Below, piece after piece: positions 9,336 through 18,796 of a DNA stretch of 64,000 nt; positions within the stretch are counted from its first letter, which is position 1; every line of letters starts with the position of its first letter. The stretch covers positions 32,001 to 96,000 of IMG/VR virus record IMGVR_UViG_3300030419_007010. One strand, written 5' to 3'. A program made the translations under genes and the position numbers. The DNA is from a virus. Below the pieces are notes generated by a model, which saw nothing but the letters and a program-made list of their open reading frames with translations, was not told the DNA's origin and did no database searches.

Positions 9336-11316
9336 TCTTTTTCGTCTCCAACAATTCCATTTCGTTGATTAACTGCTTTATATCATGATCAACTTTTAAT
9401 AAATTATCTTCATCTCTTTTATAATTAGACTCTAAATTCTCTGAAATACCTTTTGCTAGTCTTCGCATGTCGTCAGCGCCTTTCCAGATATTTCTTGTGG
9501 TATTTTTTGTTAATTCATCTGCCCACACACCCTTATAATGTCTTTGCCTTGCGGAGCCGGCATAATTGGGATTTTTTTCGGGCATATACCACTTTTTAGA
9601 TTTCGGAGTAGTTGTTTGTACGCTCGTGCCTTTCTTTCTAACTAGCTTTATAGGCATCTCCTTTCCATCATCTCTTTTTGCCGGGGCAGCGAGCAGGGCA
9701 CCGGGATCGGCCGGCTCTTCAGCGCCAGCTTCGGGCACTGCCAATTCCTCATCACCAGCCGCGATGGCTTCTTCTTCGGGCGGCAGGCCTCCACCAAGAT
9801 CGTCCATCGGTTCATCGAGACCCTCCAGATCACCAAGTCCTCCGGCTCCAGGTTCGGCGCCTGCTGTGACTTCTTCAACTGTTCTTTCTAGAGCAGCCTC
9901 AAACTTTCTGTCATAGAACATCTCTCTCTGACATCTAGTAAACTCTTCTTCGGACATGCTGAATAGGTGATCTGAAATCCATCGCTTGCTGAAATATCCT
10001 TCGGTGGCTGCGCTAGCAACATCAAATTTAGTTCTCCAGTGTTCTAGTTCCTGCATCTCTGCTAGTTTAGATGGATTGTTCAAAGCAATCTTGAACGAAA
10101 CCAAGTCGGCGCCTCTGTAGCCAAGAGTAAACAAATGGACAATGCCAATTTTCTCTAGTTCTGAAATTATAACTCTTTGAAGCCTCTGAATGGTTCTCGC
10201 AAATCGAATATCTTTTTGAGCTAGCGTTGTTTTATCTTCTTCTGCGCCGCCTTCCGTCTGCGCCAAATAAGATGCCGGTATCTTTAGTGCCGAGAATAGC
10301 TTATCTCGCAAATATTTGATATCATCAATATCACCAGTATACGTGCCGCCCGGTAGAGACTCAACTTTAGAAGAAGTATCCCCGCGAACTGGAATAAAGT
10401 AATCTTCTTCAACGCTCATCGGGTTATAACGCAAATCGACGCGTCCGGTATCTTGATCGATGACCTGATTTCTCTTCATTTGCGTCATGACCTTCTGCAT
10501 ATACTGTTCAACATCGGCAGGAGGAATATTGCCTACATCAATATAGAAAACTCTTCTCTCTGGCGAGCGGACAATACGATAGGCCATTACGGCGTCTTCC
10601 ATAAGAGTTAGCTGGCGCCAAATTCTTCTAGCCGGCTCCAAAATAGAGGTTCCATAAGGAGAATACTTATCGTTGCCTAAAATTCTAAAGTGTGCAATCT
10701 GCCAGTTCTCAAATGTAATGCCACCGGTGTTCCATTGATACTGAATATAGTTTGGATTAGTCTTGTCTTCACCCTCAAGTCTTTCTATTTCTTGCGGAGG
10801 CAGGCCAACTGCATATTGGATGCCTTCTTGTTCGTCAATATCTAAATAAAGAAAGAAGTCGCCGTATTTGCACATTGTGCGAGCCCAGCCGAATAAATTA
10901 AATTCAATATTTAATACATTCTTATATAAGTTATCCAAAACTGTTTTTATTTCTTCGTTATGACAACTAATTTTCATCAACGGCTGCAAATCGCTAGATG
11001 TAGTCATCTCGTCTGCATAAATATCAAGCGCTGAAGCGATTTCTGGCGTATATTCCATCTGATCAAAGTCAACATACCGATCGGCACGGTTTTGATTCGC
11101 CATATAATTGGCTTGAATTGAATCATAAGGATTATACTCTGACTTTTTAAACTGTTGACCGGAAGATGAGCGAATATTATACTTTGATATTTCTCTACGA
11201 TGAGGTTGTCGAGGAAGCTGCCTACGATAGTTTACAATCGGGCCTGACAAAAGTCGCGTGAGTTTTCGGAATAATATATTTTTTGAATTTCTAGGGTTAT
11301 TTTTATTTTCAGCCAT
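9325..11316 (-). CDS. Portal protein, T4 gp20-like (663 aa)
   Basis: EIASALDIYADE, LMEDAVMAYRIVRSPERRVFYIDVGN, EEDYFIPVRG, LPGG and DIKYLRDKLFSALKIP motifs. Long acidic C-terminal extension. Confidence 0.95.
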   Translation of the reverse strand: MAENKNNPRNSKNILFRKLTRLLSGPIVNYRRQLPRQPHRREISKYNIRSSSGQQFKKSEYNPYDSIQANYMANQNRADRYVDFDQMEYTPEIASALDIYADEMTTSSDLQPLMKISCHNEEIKTVLDNLYKNVLNIEFNLFGWARTMCKYGDFFLYLDIDEQEGIQYAVGLPPQEIERLEGEDKTNPNYIQYQWNTGGITFENWQIAHFRILGNDKYSPYGTSILEPARRIWRQLTLMEDAVMAYRIVRSPERRVFYIDVGNIPPADVEQYMQKVMTQMKRNQVIDQDTGRVDLRYNPMSVEEDYFIPVRGDTSSKVESLPGGTYTGDIDDIKYLRDKLFSALKIPASYLAQTEGGAEEDKTTLAQKDIRFARTIQRLQRVIISELEKIGIVHLFTLGYRGADLVSFKIALNNPSKLAEMQELEHWRTKFDVASAATEGYFSKRWISDHLFSMSEEEFTRCQREMFYDRKFEAALERTVEEVTAGAEPGAGGLGDLEGLDEPMDDLGGGLPPEEEAIAAGDEELAVPEAGAEEPADPGALLAAPAKRDDGKEMPIKLVRKKGTSVQTTTPKSKKWYMPEKNPNYAGSARQRHYKGVWADELTKNTTRNIWKGADDMRRLAKGISENLESNYKRDEDNLLKVDHDIKQLINEMELLETKKNEV

Positions 11317-11318
11317 TT

Positions 11319-12896
11319 TTAACCTTTAAGCAGCCACGAATATTCTTGATATTTCTTTTTCTCGTCTGTTTCTTTTATAGGACGAAAGCCCTGTTGGCCC
11401 GGAATATTTGTATTGATTTCGGAAGATGTTTTCTTTATAGCTCCCAAGAAAGCTTTCTTATATTCTAGATCTCTTTGGTTCATTGTAAATGCTGTATCCT
11501 TGATCCAGCATCCGATTGCACAAGATATAATTAAATCATCATTATATTTTTTCATTGCTTGTGGTTTACCATGATTCCAAACAAAAGTTTTCATTTCATT
11601 AAATAGTCTTCTAGAATATACTGTAATTAGTTTATTTCTAATGAATTCTTCCATTTTCGCCACAACTAGAGGGCGCGTCTTTAAAGACATCGTAAAACCA
11701 GGAACTGTATTAGATTTATATTCTGCCGTAATTGGGTCTACATAATCGTGAGAAGACTTGTAAGAATAGTAAATGTTAGGATAATTCATTTCCTGAAGTT
11801 TTTCCAGTACTGCCCATCCAATAGAGTTATTTTCAATAGCAACCATGCAGTTGCCGTACTCTTTTCCAACCTCATTTAAAAGGTTTGAGAATATATCGGG
11901 TGTAGGCTTGCCTCGGTACTCTGCTACAATCTCCATTGTCTCTATTTTTAAGATATGAAAGACAGAGAAGTCGGCGCCATCTCCGCGAGCGACGTCTGCA
12001 GAAATTAAATATGTAGAGCCTTGTTGGAACTCTTCCCAAATCCAGAAGTTTCTATCGAAGCCAGTTTTATACTTTGGCTCTTTTATAGATTTTTCTATTC
12101 TTTCCATATCTTCTGGGTGGAATACCGTCTCACCAGACATGTTGAAGTTGCATTCAAGCTCTTGAGCAATTTGGCGGCGAGACATGTTCATTGTTTCTTT
12201 TTCGAACCACTCCTGATCTCGTTCAGGATGCACATCCCACGGCAAAATAGTCGAATGAAAATCGTTTTTGTCCTCTTCAGAATCAATATAAGTCTGATGG
12301 AACCAGTTTCCAACACCATTCGGAGTCGATAGAGCAATGCAGCGGCCACCAGTTGATAGCGTCGGGTACAGGCCTGTCCAAAGCTCTTCCAAGCCCTCTA
12401 CGTGTGCGGCCTCATCGATTACAAGTAGTGAAAGAGCCTCTGAACGACCTGCGTCGCCTGAAGTAGACGACGCTTTAATCTGCGAGCCGTTCGATAATTC
12501 GAAAGAAGTTCTGTTGTCTACTGAAATTGTTGCTATTTTCAACCAACTGGGCAAGTTTTTAATAATTGATTTTACTTTTTTAACAAGATTTGCTGCAGTA
12601 TTAAACTTTGTAGCAATCACAAGAATGTTTTTGTCTCGATGAAACATCATCATCCAAACAATATAAGCTGCTGAAATAGTTGATATTCCTAACTGGCGTG
12701 CTTTTAGGATAACATTAAATCGATAGTCGTTAAAATCATTTATTAAATCTTCCTGGTAATCAAACATCTTAAAAGGGATAAGACCTTTCAGTGGATGGGA
12801 GATTTTTGCGTAAGTATTAATAAAATAGCCAGCGTTCTTGCCGCATTTAACTATCTCTTTGAGTGCCTCATCTCTTGAGATTTCGTATGACATCAC
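11319..12896 (-). CDS. terL: Terminase large subunit, T4 gp17-like
   Basis: Walker A KARQLGIST, Walker B LLVIDEAAH, STPNG coupling motif, and nuclease ADVARG...D...DD. Confidence 0.95.
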   Translation of the reverse strand: MMSYEISRDEALKEIVKCGKNAGYFINTYAKISHPLKGLIPFKMFDYQEDLINDFNDYRFNVILKARQLGISTISAAYIVWMMMFHRDKNILVIATKFNTAANLVKKVKSIIKNLPSWLKIATISVDNRTSFELSNGSQIKASSTSGDAGRSEALSLLVIDEAAHVEGLEELWTGLYPTLSTGGRCIALSTPNGVGNWFHQTYIDSEEDKNDFHSTILPWDVHPERDQEWFEKETMNMSRRQIAQELECNFNMSGETVFHPEDMERIEKSIKEPKYKTGFDRNFWIWEEFQQGSTYLISADVARGDGADFSVFHILKIETMEIVAEYRGKPTPDIFSNLLNEVGKEYGNCMVAIENNSIGWAVLEKLQEMNYPNIYYSYKSSHDYVDPITAEYKSNTVPGFTMSLKTRPLVVAKMEEFIRNKLITVYSRRLFNEMKTFVWNHGKPQAMKKYNDDLIISCAIGCWIKDTAFTMNQRDLEYKKAFLGAIKKTSSEINTNIPGQQGFRPIKETDEKKKYQEYSWLLKG

Positions 12897-12898
12897 AA

Positions 12899-13441
12899 TT
12901 ACTTCTGTGGTGCTCTCTGATTTTTATTCTCGGCCTTCTTGCCTAATCCGCCCAAACCCAAGAACTCTCTAAAGCTCGAATCTAGACGATCCTCTGTTGG
13001 TTCTAGACGATCAACTACATCATCTAATCCGCCGATCTTGTAGACCTTCGTAGCTTGGCACCAAACTCTAACTTTCGAAGTCTTTTGAATTAGAATATCT
13101 GCTTCTGCTGCTTCTTTTAGAGATAAAGTATTGCCAGTAATTTTTTTGTATTCTTTCTTAAGATATTTAACAATATCACTAAAGGCGCTTTCAATTACAT
13201 CTTCATAATTTGTCGAATATACATCGCGTAATTTAATGTCAGATTGATAAAGAACAACCAGTCTAGAGCCGTCGATTCTGACCTTGAATCCATCAACCAC
13301 TCTAGAATCCGTAATTGGATTTCCCTCTTCTCTTCTTAAACCTACTTTAAGAGGCTCGCCTTTTTCGTCAAGGGCTCCATCATATGCATTTGCTGCAGCT
13401 TGGGCAATGCCTCTAACGACATCTAGTGCTTTCTGTGACAT
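12899..13441 (-). CDS. Hypothetical protein (180 aa)
   Basis: AAGGAG SD and TAATG coupling. Directly upstream of terL. Confidence 0.65.
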   Translation of the reverse strand: MSQKALDVVRGIAQAAANAYDGALDEKGEPLKVGLRREEGNPITDSRVVDGFKVRIDGSRLVVLYQSDIKLRDVYSTNYEDVIESAFSDIVKYLKKEYKKITGNTLSLKEAAEADILIQKTSKVRVWCQATKVYKIGGLDDVVDRLEPTEDRLDSSFREFLGLGGLGKKAENKNQRAPQK

Positions 13442-13827
13442 TATTTATCTCCTTTATTTGGGCGCCAGCCTTTTTGCCAGCGTTCCTCTCGTCCTTCTAC
13501 ATATTGGACAAAACATTTAAAACAACAATCAAATTTTGACATGTATACATCATCTTTTATATCAAACGAATAAGTTTCGCAAACTAAACAAGTTCTTTCT
13601 AGCTCTTTATTAAGTAGTTTTTTGGGAACTAAAAAACCATTAGTTTCGACCTTTTCTAGTTGTTCTTCTACTTTGCGCTCTTTCTCTGCTAATTCTTTTA
13701 GCTGCTCAAGATACTCTTTTTCTTTATTCTCGTCCCAATCTGATTTAGGATTACGAGTAGTCAGTTGGCCATATTTGCTTGAAATAGCCTTTTCGAGCTT
13801 TGCGATATAATTCCAGTCTTTTTCCAT
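13441..13827 (-). CDS. Hypothetical protein with a putative zinc-binding motif (128 aa)
   Basis: Coiled coil followed by CLVC...CCFKC. Confidence 0.65.
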   Translation of the reverse strand: MEKDWNYIAKLEKAISSKYGQLTTRNPKSDWDENKEKEYLEQLKELAEKERKVEEQLEKVETNGFLVPKKLLNKELERTCLVCETYSFDIKDDVYMSKFDCCFKCFVQYVEGREERWQKGWRPNKGDK

Positions 13828-13865
13828 AACCTATAGTATATAATGCTTTTTATATAGTTTTAACC

Positions 13866-13904
13866 AAAAAAGCATGGCCCGCTCGGAGAAAACTCCGAGC
13901 GGGC
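13866..13904 (-). terminator. Rho-independent terminator after the 906-aa fibre gene
   Basis: Perfect 12-bp stem GCCCGCTCGGAG/CTCCGAGCGGGC (13877-13904) with a 4-nt loop. A T6 tract follows 5 nt later on the minus strand. Confidence 0.8.
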
Positions 13905-13946
13905 GCTGTCTAAAAAATAGACGTTGTTAACAAAAGTTAACGAGAC

Positions 13947-16667
13947 TTAGCTATTATCTTTCGAAAGCTTCGCCTTTAATTCTTCAATTTGCTCTTGCTG
14001 CTCTTTGACAGCTTCAACAAGTACTGAAGTTAACTTAGCATAATCAATACCAAGAGTACCTTGATTTGTTGTAGAAACAACTTCTGGTACAGAGTTCTTC
14101 ATTTCTTGAGCCAAGAAACCGATCTCTTGCTTCTCTGGATTGTGCTTGAATTGGTAAGTTACACCTCTCATCGACATAACCTTGTCAAGAGCGCTATCAA
14201 GGTTCTTGATATCTTTCTTGAGGGTTTCATCAGAATTAAGGACGAACGCATCAGCAGTAACATTTGCACCTTCTGCCAAGTTAAGATCAACTCCCACTTC
14301 AATAGACTCAGAGCTGTTGGTTGTAACAAACTTCAAGTAAGAGTTGTCACCTTCTCTAAAGTCTAGAGCGTTGGAACTGTTGTCAACTAGCCTGGCTCCG
14401 TTTCCGCCTACAAAGTATACATCCTGACCAGAAGCAACACTTAAACCAGTGGAAGCTGTCACCTGGGCCATGATACCAACAACATCGGAGGTCGCGTTAC
14501 CGAGAGTAGTGTTTCCTAATGCTGAGAACGTGTTGCCGTTGGCAACTGTGGTCACTGCATTGAACGTCGCGCCGCCGTCGAAGACAGCTGAATCTGAGAA
14601 AGTGCATGCACCGCCGGCGGCGATGGTGATAGCAGCAGTATCGCTTACTGAACCAATTGTACCGCCGTCTGCTACTGTCATGCTAGAAGCATTAACGTTA
14701 CCACCAGAACTGTAAATTACAGCTTTGTTGTTTACAACGCTATTGGCAGATGAACCATCAAGCAAGTTGAGTTCGCCAGCATCTGAAGTAACGAGTGTAC
14801 CTCCGAGCTTAAGACCATTGGTGCCATCATGTGAGGCAATATCATAGTCATAAGCGCCATCGCTGAAAGTAAGATCGCCGTCGCCGTTCCAGGTCAGCGA
14901 AGCGGCGACGTCAGCGGTACCAATAGTACCAGCAGACTTAATCAAGATATCGTCTTTGAAGGTTACGATACCGGTAGATGCTAAAGTCATGACATCAGCA
15001 ACCGTTGCGTTTCCGATTGTACCGCCGTCTTTGATCTTAATATCGTCTTTGAAAGTTACGATACCGTCTGCAGCAAGCGTCATTGCATCAGCAGAAGTTG
15101 CGTTACCGATTGTACCGCCGTCTTTGATCAAGATATCGTCTTTGAAGGTTACGATACCGTTTGCAGCAAGCGTCATTGCATCAGCAGAAGTTGCGTTACC
15201 GATTGTACCGCCGTCTTTGATCTTAATATCGTCTTTGAAAGTTACGATACCGGCGCTGGAAATTGTCATTGCATCATAGGCACCGTCGGAGCCGATATTA
15301 CCGTCGTTCTTGACAGTAAGGCGGCCAACGAAGTGACCGTCATTGCCGTAGACATCACCAGAGGCTGAAAGGTGGGCCGCGGACGCAGCGGTAGAGCCAC
15401 TAACAACAACACCATTAAGTTCCGAATCCCAAGAAAGGGTACCTGCAGCAGCAGTTGGGCCTTCCATGCCGTCGGGTGATCCGTGACCACCGAAAGCAAT
15501 ACCAGCACCATTGACGTTGCCGCCAGTTGAACCGGAAGCAAGTACGATGTACTTGTCGGCAACTTCTAATGTGTTGACTGTCTTGGTAACACTGTTAATT
15601 GTGTTGACGTCAAGATGATCAACAGCGATATAAGAAGCGCTCAGAGAGCCATTGAGTCTCACATCGTGTGCATAAATGCTTTTGAACAGAAGAGAGTTAG
15701 TTCCTAGATCAACATCGTTGGTAGTAGTCGGCTTAAGAACTCCGTCGACTAGCTGAACTTGCGATGTTCCGGCGATATCAAAGATATGACCAGCGGCATC
15801 ATTAGCTCTATATGTGATCTGACCATCGGCAGTCAAAGCGAGATCGGCATCTGTGCCAGTGCCGTCGGCTGTGGCGATCGTGGAAGCACCATTAGTTGTT
15901 GATGTGATCGAAAGTGTATCACCAGAGCTTGGAGTCATGACGATTGAATCGTCTGTGATAACAGTAGAGCCAACGGTGTAACCTGAAGTAGTAGCAACTG
16001 CGCCGTCGGTACCGACTGTGAACTCGCTGCCATCGGTAGCGAACTCGTCGGCAGTAAGGCTCCCGGCAGCAACAACTACGCCGGCATTGCTAACAGTGAA
16101 TTTGTTGCCGCCGTTGTCAATTTCGATACCACCGTCGAGGTTAGAAAGACCCGTGACAGCAAGAGTGCCAGCAGCGGCAAAGTTCTTGTTTGCTGTTACC
16201 GTCTCAGAGCCGTTACTTGTAGCAAACGTCATGTACGCGGCGTCGGCCTCTTCGATTACTAAAGCCGTGGCCGAGTTGTCCGGGATCTTAACAGATCCGG
16301 CTGATCCGAAGGTGAGTGCTCCGTCACCACCGTTTAGTGTGACATCACCTGAAAATGTCCAATCACCGCTAACAGTCTCGTCAAGGTTGTGACCAAGAAT
16401 ACGAGCTGGTTTTGATAACTCAAGGTTGTCAGTTGATGGCTTTAGAAAGTAAAGACTGCCTGTTAAGCCGGCTTGCACACTGCTTTGTTCCAGATCGGAG
16501 CCAGAAGCAAAAAGTCGAATAACAGAACCAGAAGCTTGCAGCGAACCAACTTGATCCGAAGCAGCGTCAGTTTCACTGTCCCAACGACTTGAAGTTATGT
16601 TTAATTGTAAGACGCTTGCACCAAACTGTGCTACAGTTGGCTTTCCGTCTAGTAATGAATGTCCCAT
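13947..16667 (-). CDS. Tail fibre with C-terminal intramolecular chaperone (peptidase S74) (906 aa)
   Basis: SDETLKKDI...RGVTY...IGFLAQE...IDYAKLTSVLVEAVKEQQ followed by a coiled coil. G/S/T/D-rich body. Confidence 0.85.
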   Translation of the reverse strand: MGHSLLDGKPTVAQFGASVLQLNITSSRWDSETDAASDQVGSLQASGSVIRLFASGSDLEQSSVQAGLTGSLYFLKPSTDNLELSKPARILGHNLDETVSGDWTFSGDVTLNGGDGALTFGSAGSVKIPDNSATALVIEEADAAYMTFATSNGSETVTANKNFAAAGTLAVTGLSNLDGGIEIDNGGNKFTVSNAGVVVAAGSLTADEFATDGSEFTVGTDGAVATTSGYTVGSTVITDDSIVMTPSSGDTLSITSTTNGASTIATADGTGTDADLALTADGQITYRANDAAGHIFDIAGTSQVQLVDGVLKPTTTNDVDLGTNSLLFKSIYAHDVRLNGSLSASYIAVDHLDVNTINSVTKTVNTLEVADKYIVLASGSTGGNVNGAGIAFGGHGSPDGMEGPTAAAGTLSWDSELNGVVVSGSTAASAAHLSASGDVYGNDGHFVGRLTVKNDGNIGSDGAYDAMTISSAGIVTFKDDIKIKDGGTIGNATSADAMTLAANGIVTFKDDILIKDGGTIGNATSADAMTLAADGIVTFKDDIKIKDGGTIGNATVADVMTLASTGIVTFKDDILIKSAGTIGTADVAASLTWNGDGDLTFSDGAYDYDIASHDGTNGLKLGGTLVTSDAGELNLLDGSSANSVVNNKAVIYSSGGNVNASSMTVADGGTIGSVSDTAAITIAAGGACTFSDSAVFDGGATFNAVTTVANGNTFSALGNTTLGNATSDVVGIMAQVTASTGLSVASGQDVYFVGGNGARLVDNSSNALDFREGDNSYLKFVTTNSSESIEVGVDLNLAEGANVTADAFVLNSDETLKKDIKNLDSALDKVMSMRGVTYQFKHNPEKQEIGFLAQEMKNSVPEVVSTTNQGTLGIDYAKLTSVLVEAVKEQQEQIEELKAKLSKDNS
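14925..15275. repeat. Tandem 93-bp (31-aa) repeat, about 4 copies
   Basis: DAMTLAxxGIVTFKDDIxIKDGGTIGNATSA repeated; units alternate KIK/LIK with near-identical DNA at a 186-bp offset. Confidence 0.9.
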
Positions 16668-16810
16668 AAATATTTTCCCCCTATTATATGGTTTATAAAA
16701 TTATGGACAAGACAAAATCATCCTGCCCAAGTTAAGTAGATCTTCACGCGGGAAAAGAAGAAAAATAAAAATGAAAAATATACTGAAAAACTTTATTTAG
16801 AGACGTAAAT

Positions 16811-17716
16811 CTACGTTTTTGTTGATCTATTTAGCTTTAAAAATTTATATAAAAAATTTATATGTTTTTCTTGTTTCTCGATTGTTATTTGTTGTTGCTT
16901 AATAGATTCAACCAATAAGCTGGTTAATCTAGAATAATCCAGACCTGAAGCGTTTTCTTCATCCTCATATGAAACAACTTCTGGAATTACTTTTCCTATC
17001 TCTTCTGCGATAAAACCCATGTCTCGTTTGCCAGATTCTTTCCAGTCAAAATAAACACCTCTTAGCTTCTTTAATTTATTTATAGCGTTATCTATCTCGA
17101 CAATGTTTTCTTTTAGCCTTATAGAACTAGGCGTCATGTACGTTGAAGCTTTTATTGGAGCATATGCAGTTATATTGACTGCTCCAGAAGTGCTCTGGTC
17201 GGATGTTGTCTCAATAAAAGCAAACTCGTCGTCGCTCTCATCCCAAACCAAAGCTTGATTATTTGCACCGCCTCTTTTAAAAATAACACCATGATCGGAA
17301 GTAGAAGCGGTACCGGAGTTATCATATCCGATCAACAAATAATTGTTATTAACGTATGAAATATTACCAGTAATTGTTATTGCATCAGATGAAGCGTTAG
17401 TTGTTATAACTACATTTGCGCCAGCAGTTAGTGTTAAGCTGTCTGTTGCAGAGTCTGCGACCACATCATCTTGGCCGGAGACACTGATTGTTTTAAATAC
17501 ATTACTGCCTCCGCCGGCTGCAGAAGCAATAGTGAGTGTGTCTGTGCGAGCATTTGTAGTTAAGGTAATATTACTTCCGGCAGCGATGTTTAATTTATCT
17601 GCTCCATGATCCGCAATAATATTGCTTTGTCCAGAAACAGCAAGAGCAGCGAATGATCTAATTTTGCCTTGCGCTGTTCTTCCGCGAGAGCCTCTTCTTA
17701 CGCGTCCTCGACCCAT
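16811..17716 (-). CDS. Short fibre/spike protein with S74 chaperone (301 aa)
   Basis: SSIRLKENI...LRGVYFDWK...GFIAEE...LDYSRLTSLLVESIKQQQ. Two SF/VFxxxxVSGQxxxxAD repeats. Arg-rich N-terminus. Confidence 0.8.
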   Translation of the reverse strand: MGRGRVRRGSRGRTAQGKIRSFAALAVSGQSNIIADHGADKLNIAAGSNITLTTNARTDTLTIASAAGGGSNVFKTISVSGQDDVVADSATDSLTLTAGANVVITTNASSDAITITGNISYVNNNYLLIGYDNSGTASTSDHGVIFKRGGANNQALVWDESDDEFAFIETTSDQSTSGAVNITAYAPIKASTYMTPSSIRLKENIVEIDNAINKLKKLRGVYFDWKESGKRDMGFIAEEIGKVIPEVVSYEDEENASGLDYSRLTSLLVESIKQQQITIEKQEKHINFLYKFLKLNRSTKT

Positions 17717-18196
17717 TCATTCGTTTTCCTTAATTTCTACTGCTGCATAAAATATAGCTATTGATGTTACAATGCCAGCGACTACTCCGCCGGCCATCCA
17801 CCAATGATTGTAGTCATTGGGGTTATCTTTTAATATGTCTCTTAATCTATTTATCTCGTCGTTCTTTATTTTCAACAAAGAAATATGTTTATCTTCAAGA
17901 GAATCGTGCTGTGCTTGCAGAGTTCCCAACTGTAGATCGTATTGAGCTTTTATCTTTTTAATTTCCAAATCTAGCTCTAGATCATATTTCAATAGTGAAT
18001 ACTTCTTGTCAACATTAATCTTCGCTGCTGCAATAGAATCTAGAAGTATTCCGGAATAAGGAGCTAGTTCGCCTTTGTTTATAGTAGTTAGCTTTCCTTC
18101 TTCTTCGGCATCTTGCGCCAAGACGACAGTAGGCAAGAAGGCCATAACTATAACCATAAATAATGATAATATTCTTTTAGACATTTTTAACTCCAA
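17717..18196 (-). CDS. Secreted coiled-coil protein with C-terminal membrane anchor, possible spanin component
   Basis: Signal-peptide-like MSKRILSLFMVIVMAFLPTVVLA, then a coiled coil, then TM WWMAGGVVAGIVTSIAIFYAAV. Confidence 0.5.
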   Translation of the reverse strand: MELKMSKRILSLFMVIVMAFLPTVVLAQDAEEEGKLTTINKGELAPYSGILLDSIAAAKINVDKKYSLLKYDLELDLEIKKIKAQYDLQLGTLQAQHDSLEDKHISLLKIKNDEINRLRDILKDNPNDYNHWWMAGGVVAGIVTSIAIFYAAVEIKENE

Positions 18197-18593
18197 ATAA
18201 TTTGCTCATCTCTTCTGCTAGTTTATCTGGATTTTCTTTATTCTCTCGAACAACTTTGTCTAGCTCTTTCTTTTTCTTCTTCTCTAGATCGTCGATCTTA
18301 ACATCATATTCTTTTTCTATGTTCTCCAGAATAATTCTGTGCTCTTCGATAAGCATATTTCTTTTTTCAATTTCTTCTTTATGTGTTTTGTTTAATATGT
18401 TGATCTCTTCTCTGTATTTTTGATCAGCTATATCAAACATCTTAATTAATCTTTCGTTGTCTTTGCGAAAAACAATCCACATAGCCAACGTATAAACGAT
18501 AAGTGCTGGGACGTACCAATAATTTTTTAGTACAACCCAGGCTTTTTTAATAGCCAACTTTGTAGCGGGCCATGTCATCGACCACTTCTCCAC
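18177..18593 (-). CDS. Putative inner-membrane spanin (Rz-like)
   Basis: One N-terminal TM helix followed by a long charged coiled coil. Directly after the holin-like gene. Confidence 0.5.
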   Translation of the reverse strand: MEKWSMTWPATKLAIKKAWVVLKNYWYVPALIVYTLAMWIVFRKDNERLIKMFDIADQKYREEINILNKTHKEEIEKRNMLIEEHRIILENIEKEYDVKIDDLEKKKKKELDKVVRENKENPDKLAEEMSKLFGVKNV

Positions 18594-18772
18594 ACGGAAG
18601 CGAGGTCGACGGCAGCTTCAGAACCAATGTATACCAGCGAGACCGCTACCCAGTCCTCTGATGTTACGCTGCTAGTTAAAGCTAGACCAGTCGCAGTCAA
18701 CCAAACTAAAAGTTTCCTGCTTGTTAATTTTGATAAAGCTCTATCTAAAAACGCTTTTGCTTCTTCACTCAT
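18575..18772 (-). CDS. Putative holin (65 aa)
   Basis: SRKLLV start of TM1, two hydrophobic helices, basic C-terminus, strong AAGGAGG SD. Confidence 0.6.
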   Translation of the reverse strand: MSEEAKAFLDRALSKLTSRKLLVWLTATGLALTSSVTSEDWVAVSLVYIGSEAAVDLASVWRSGR

Positions 18773-18796
18773 AATATAAACCTCCTTATTATGTAA

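Noticed and set aside
11319-12896. Intein or intron in terminase, portal or primase
   Set aside because: Lengths and motif spacing are normal, with no splice or homing-endonuclease motifs seen.
13828-13865. Possible sigma70 promoter (TATACT) before the packaging genes
   Set aside because: No credible -35 element at 17-nt spacing.
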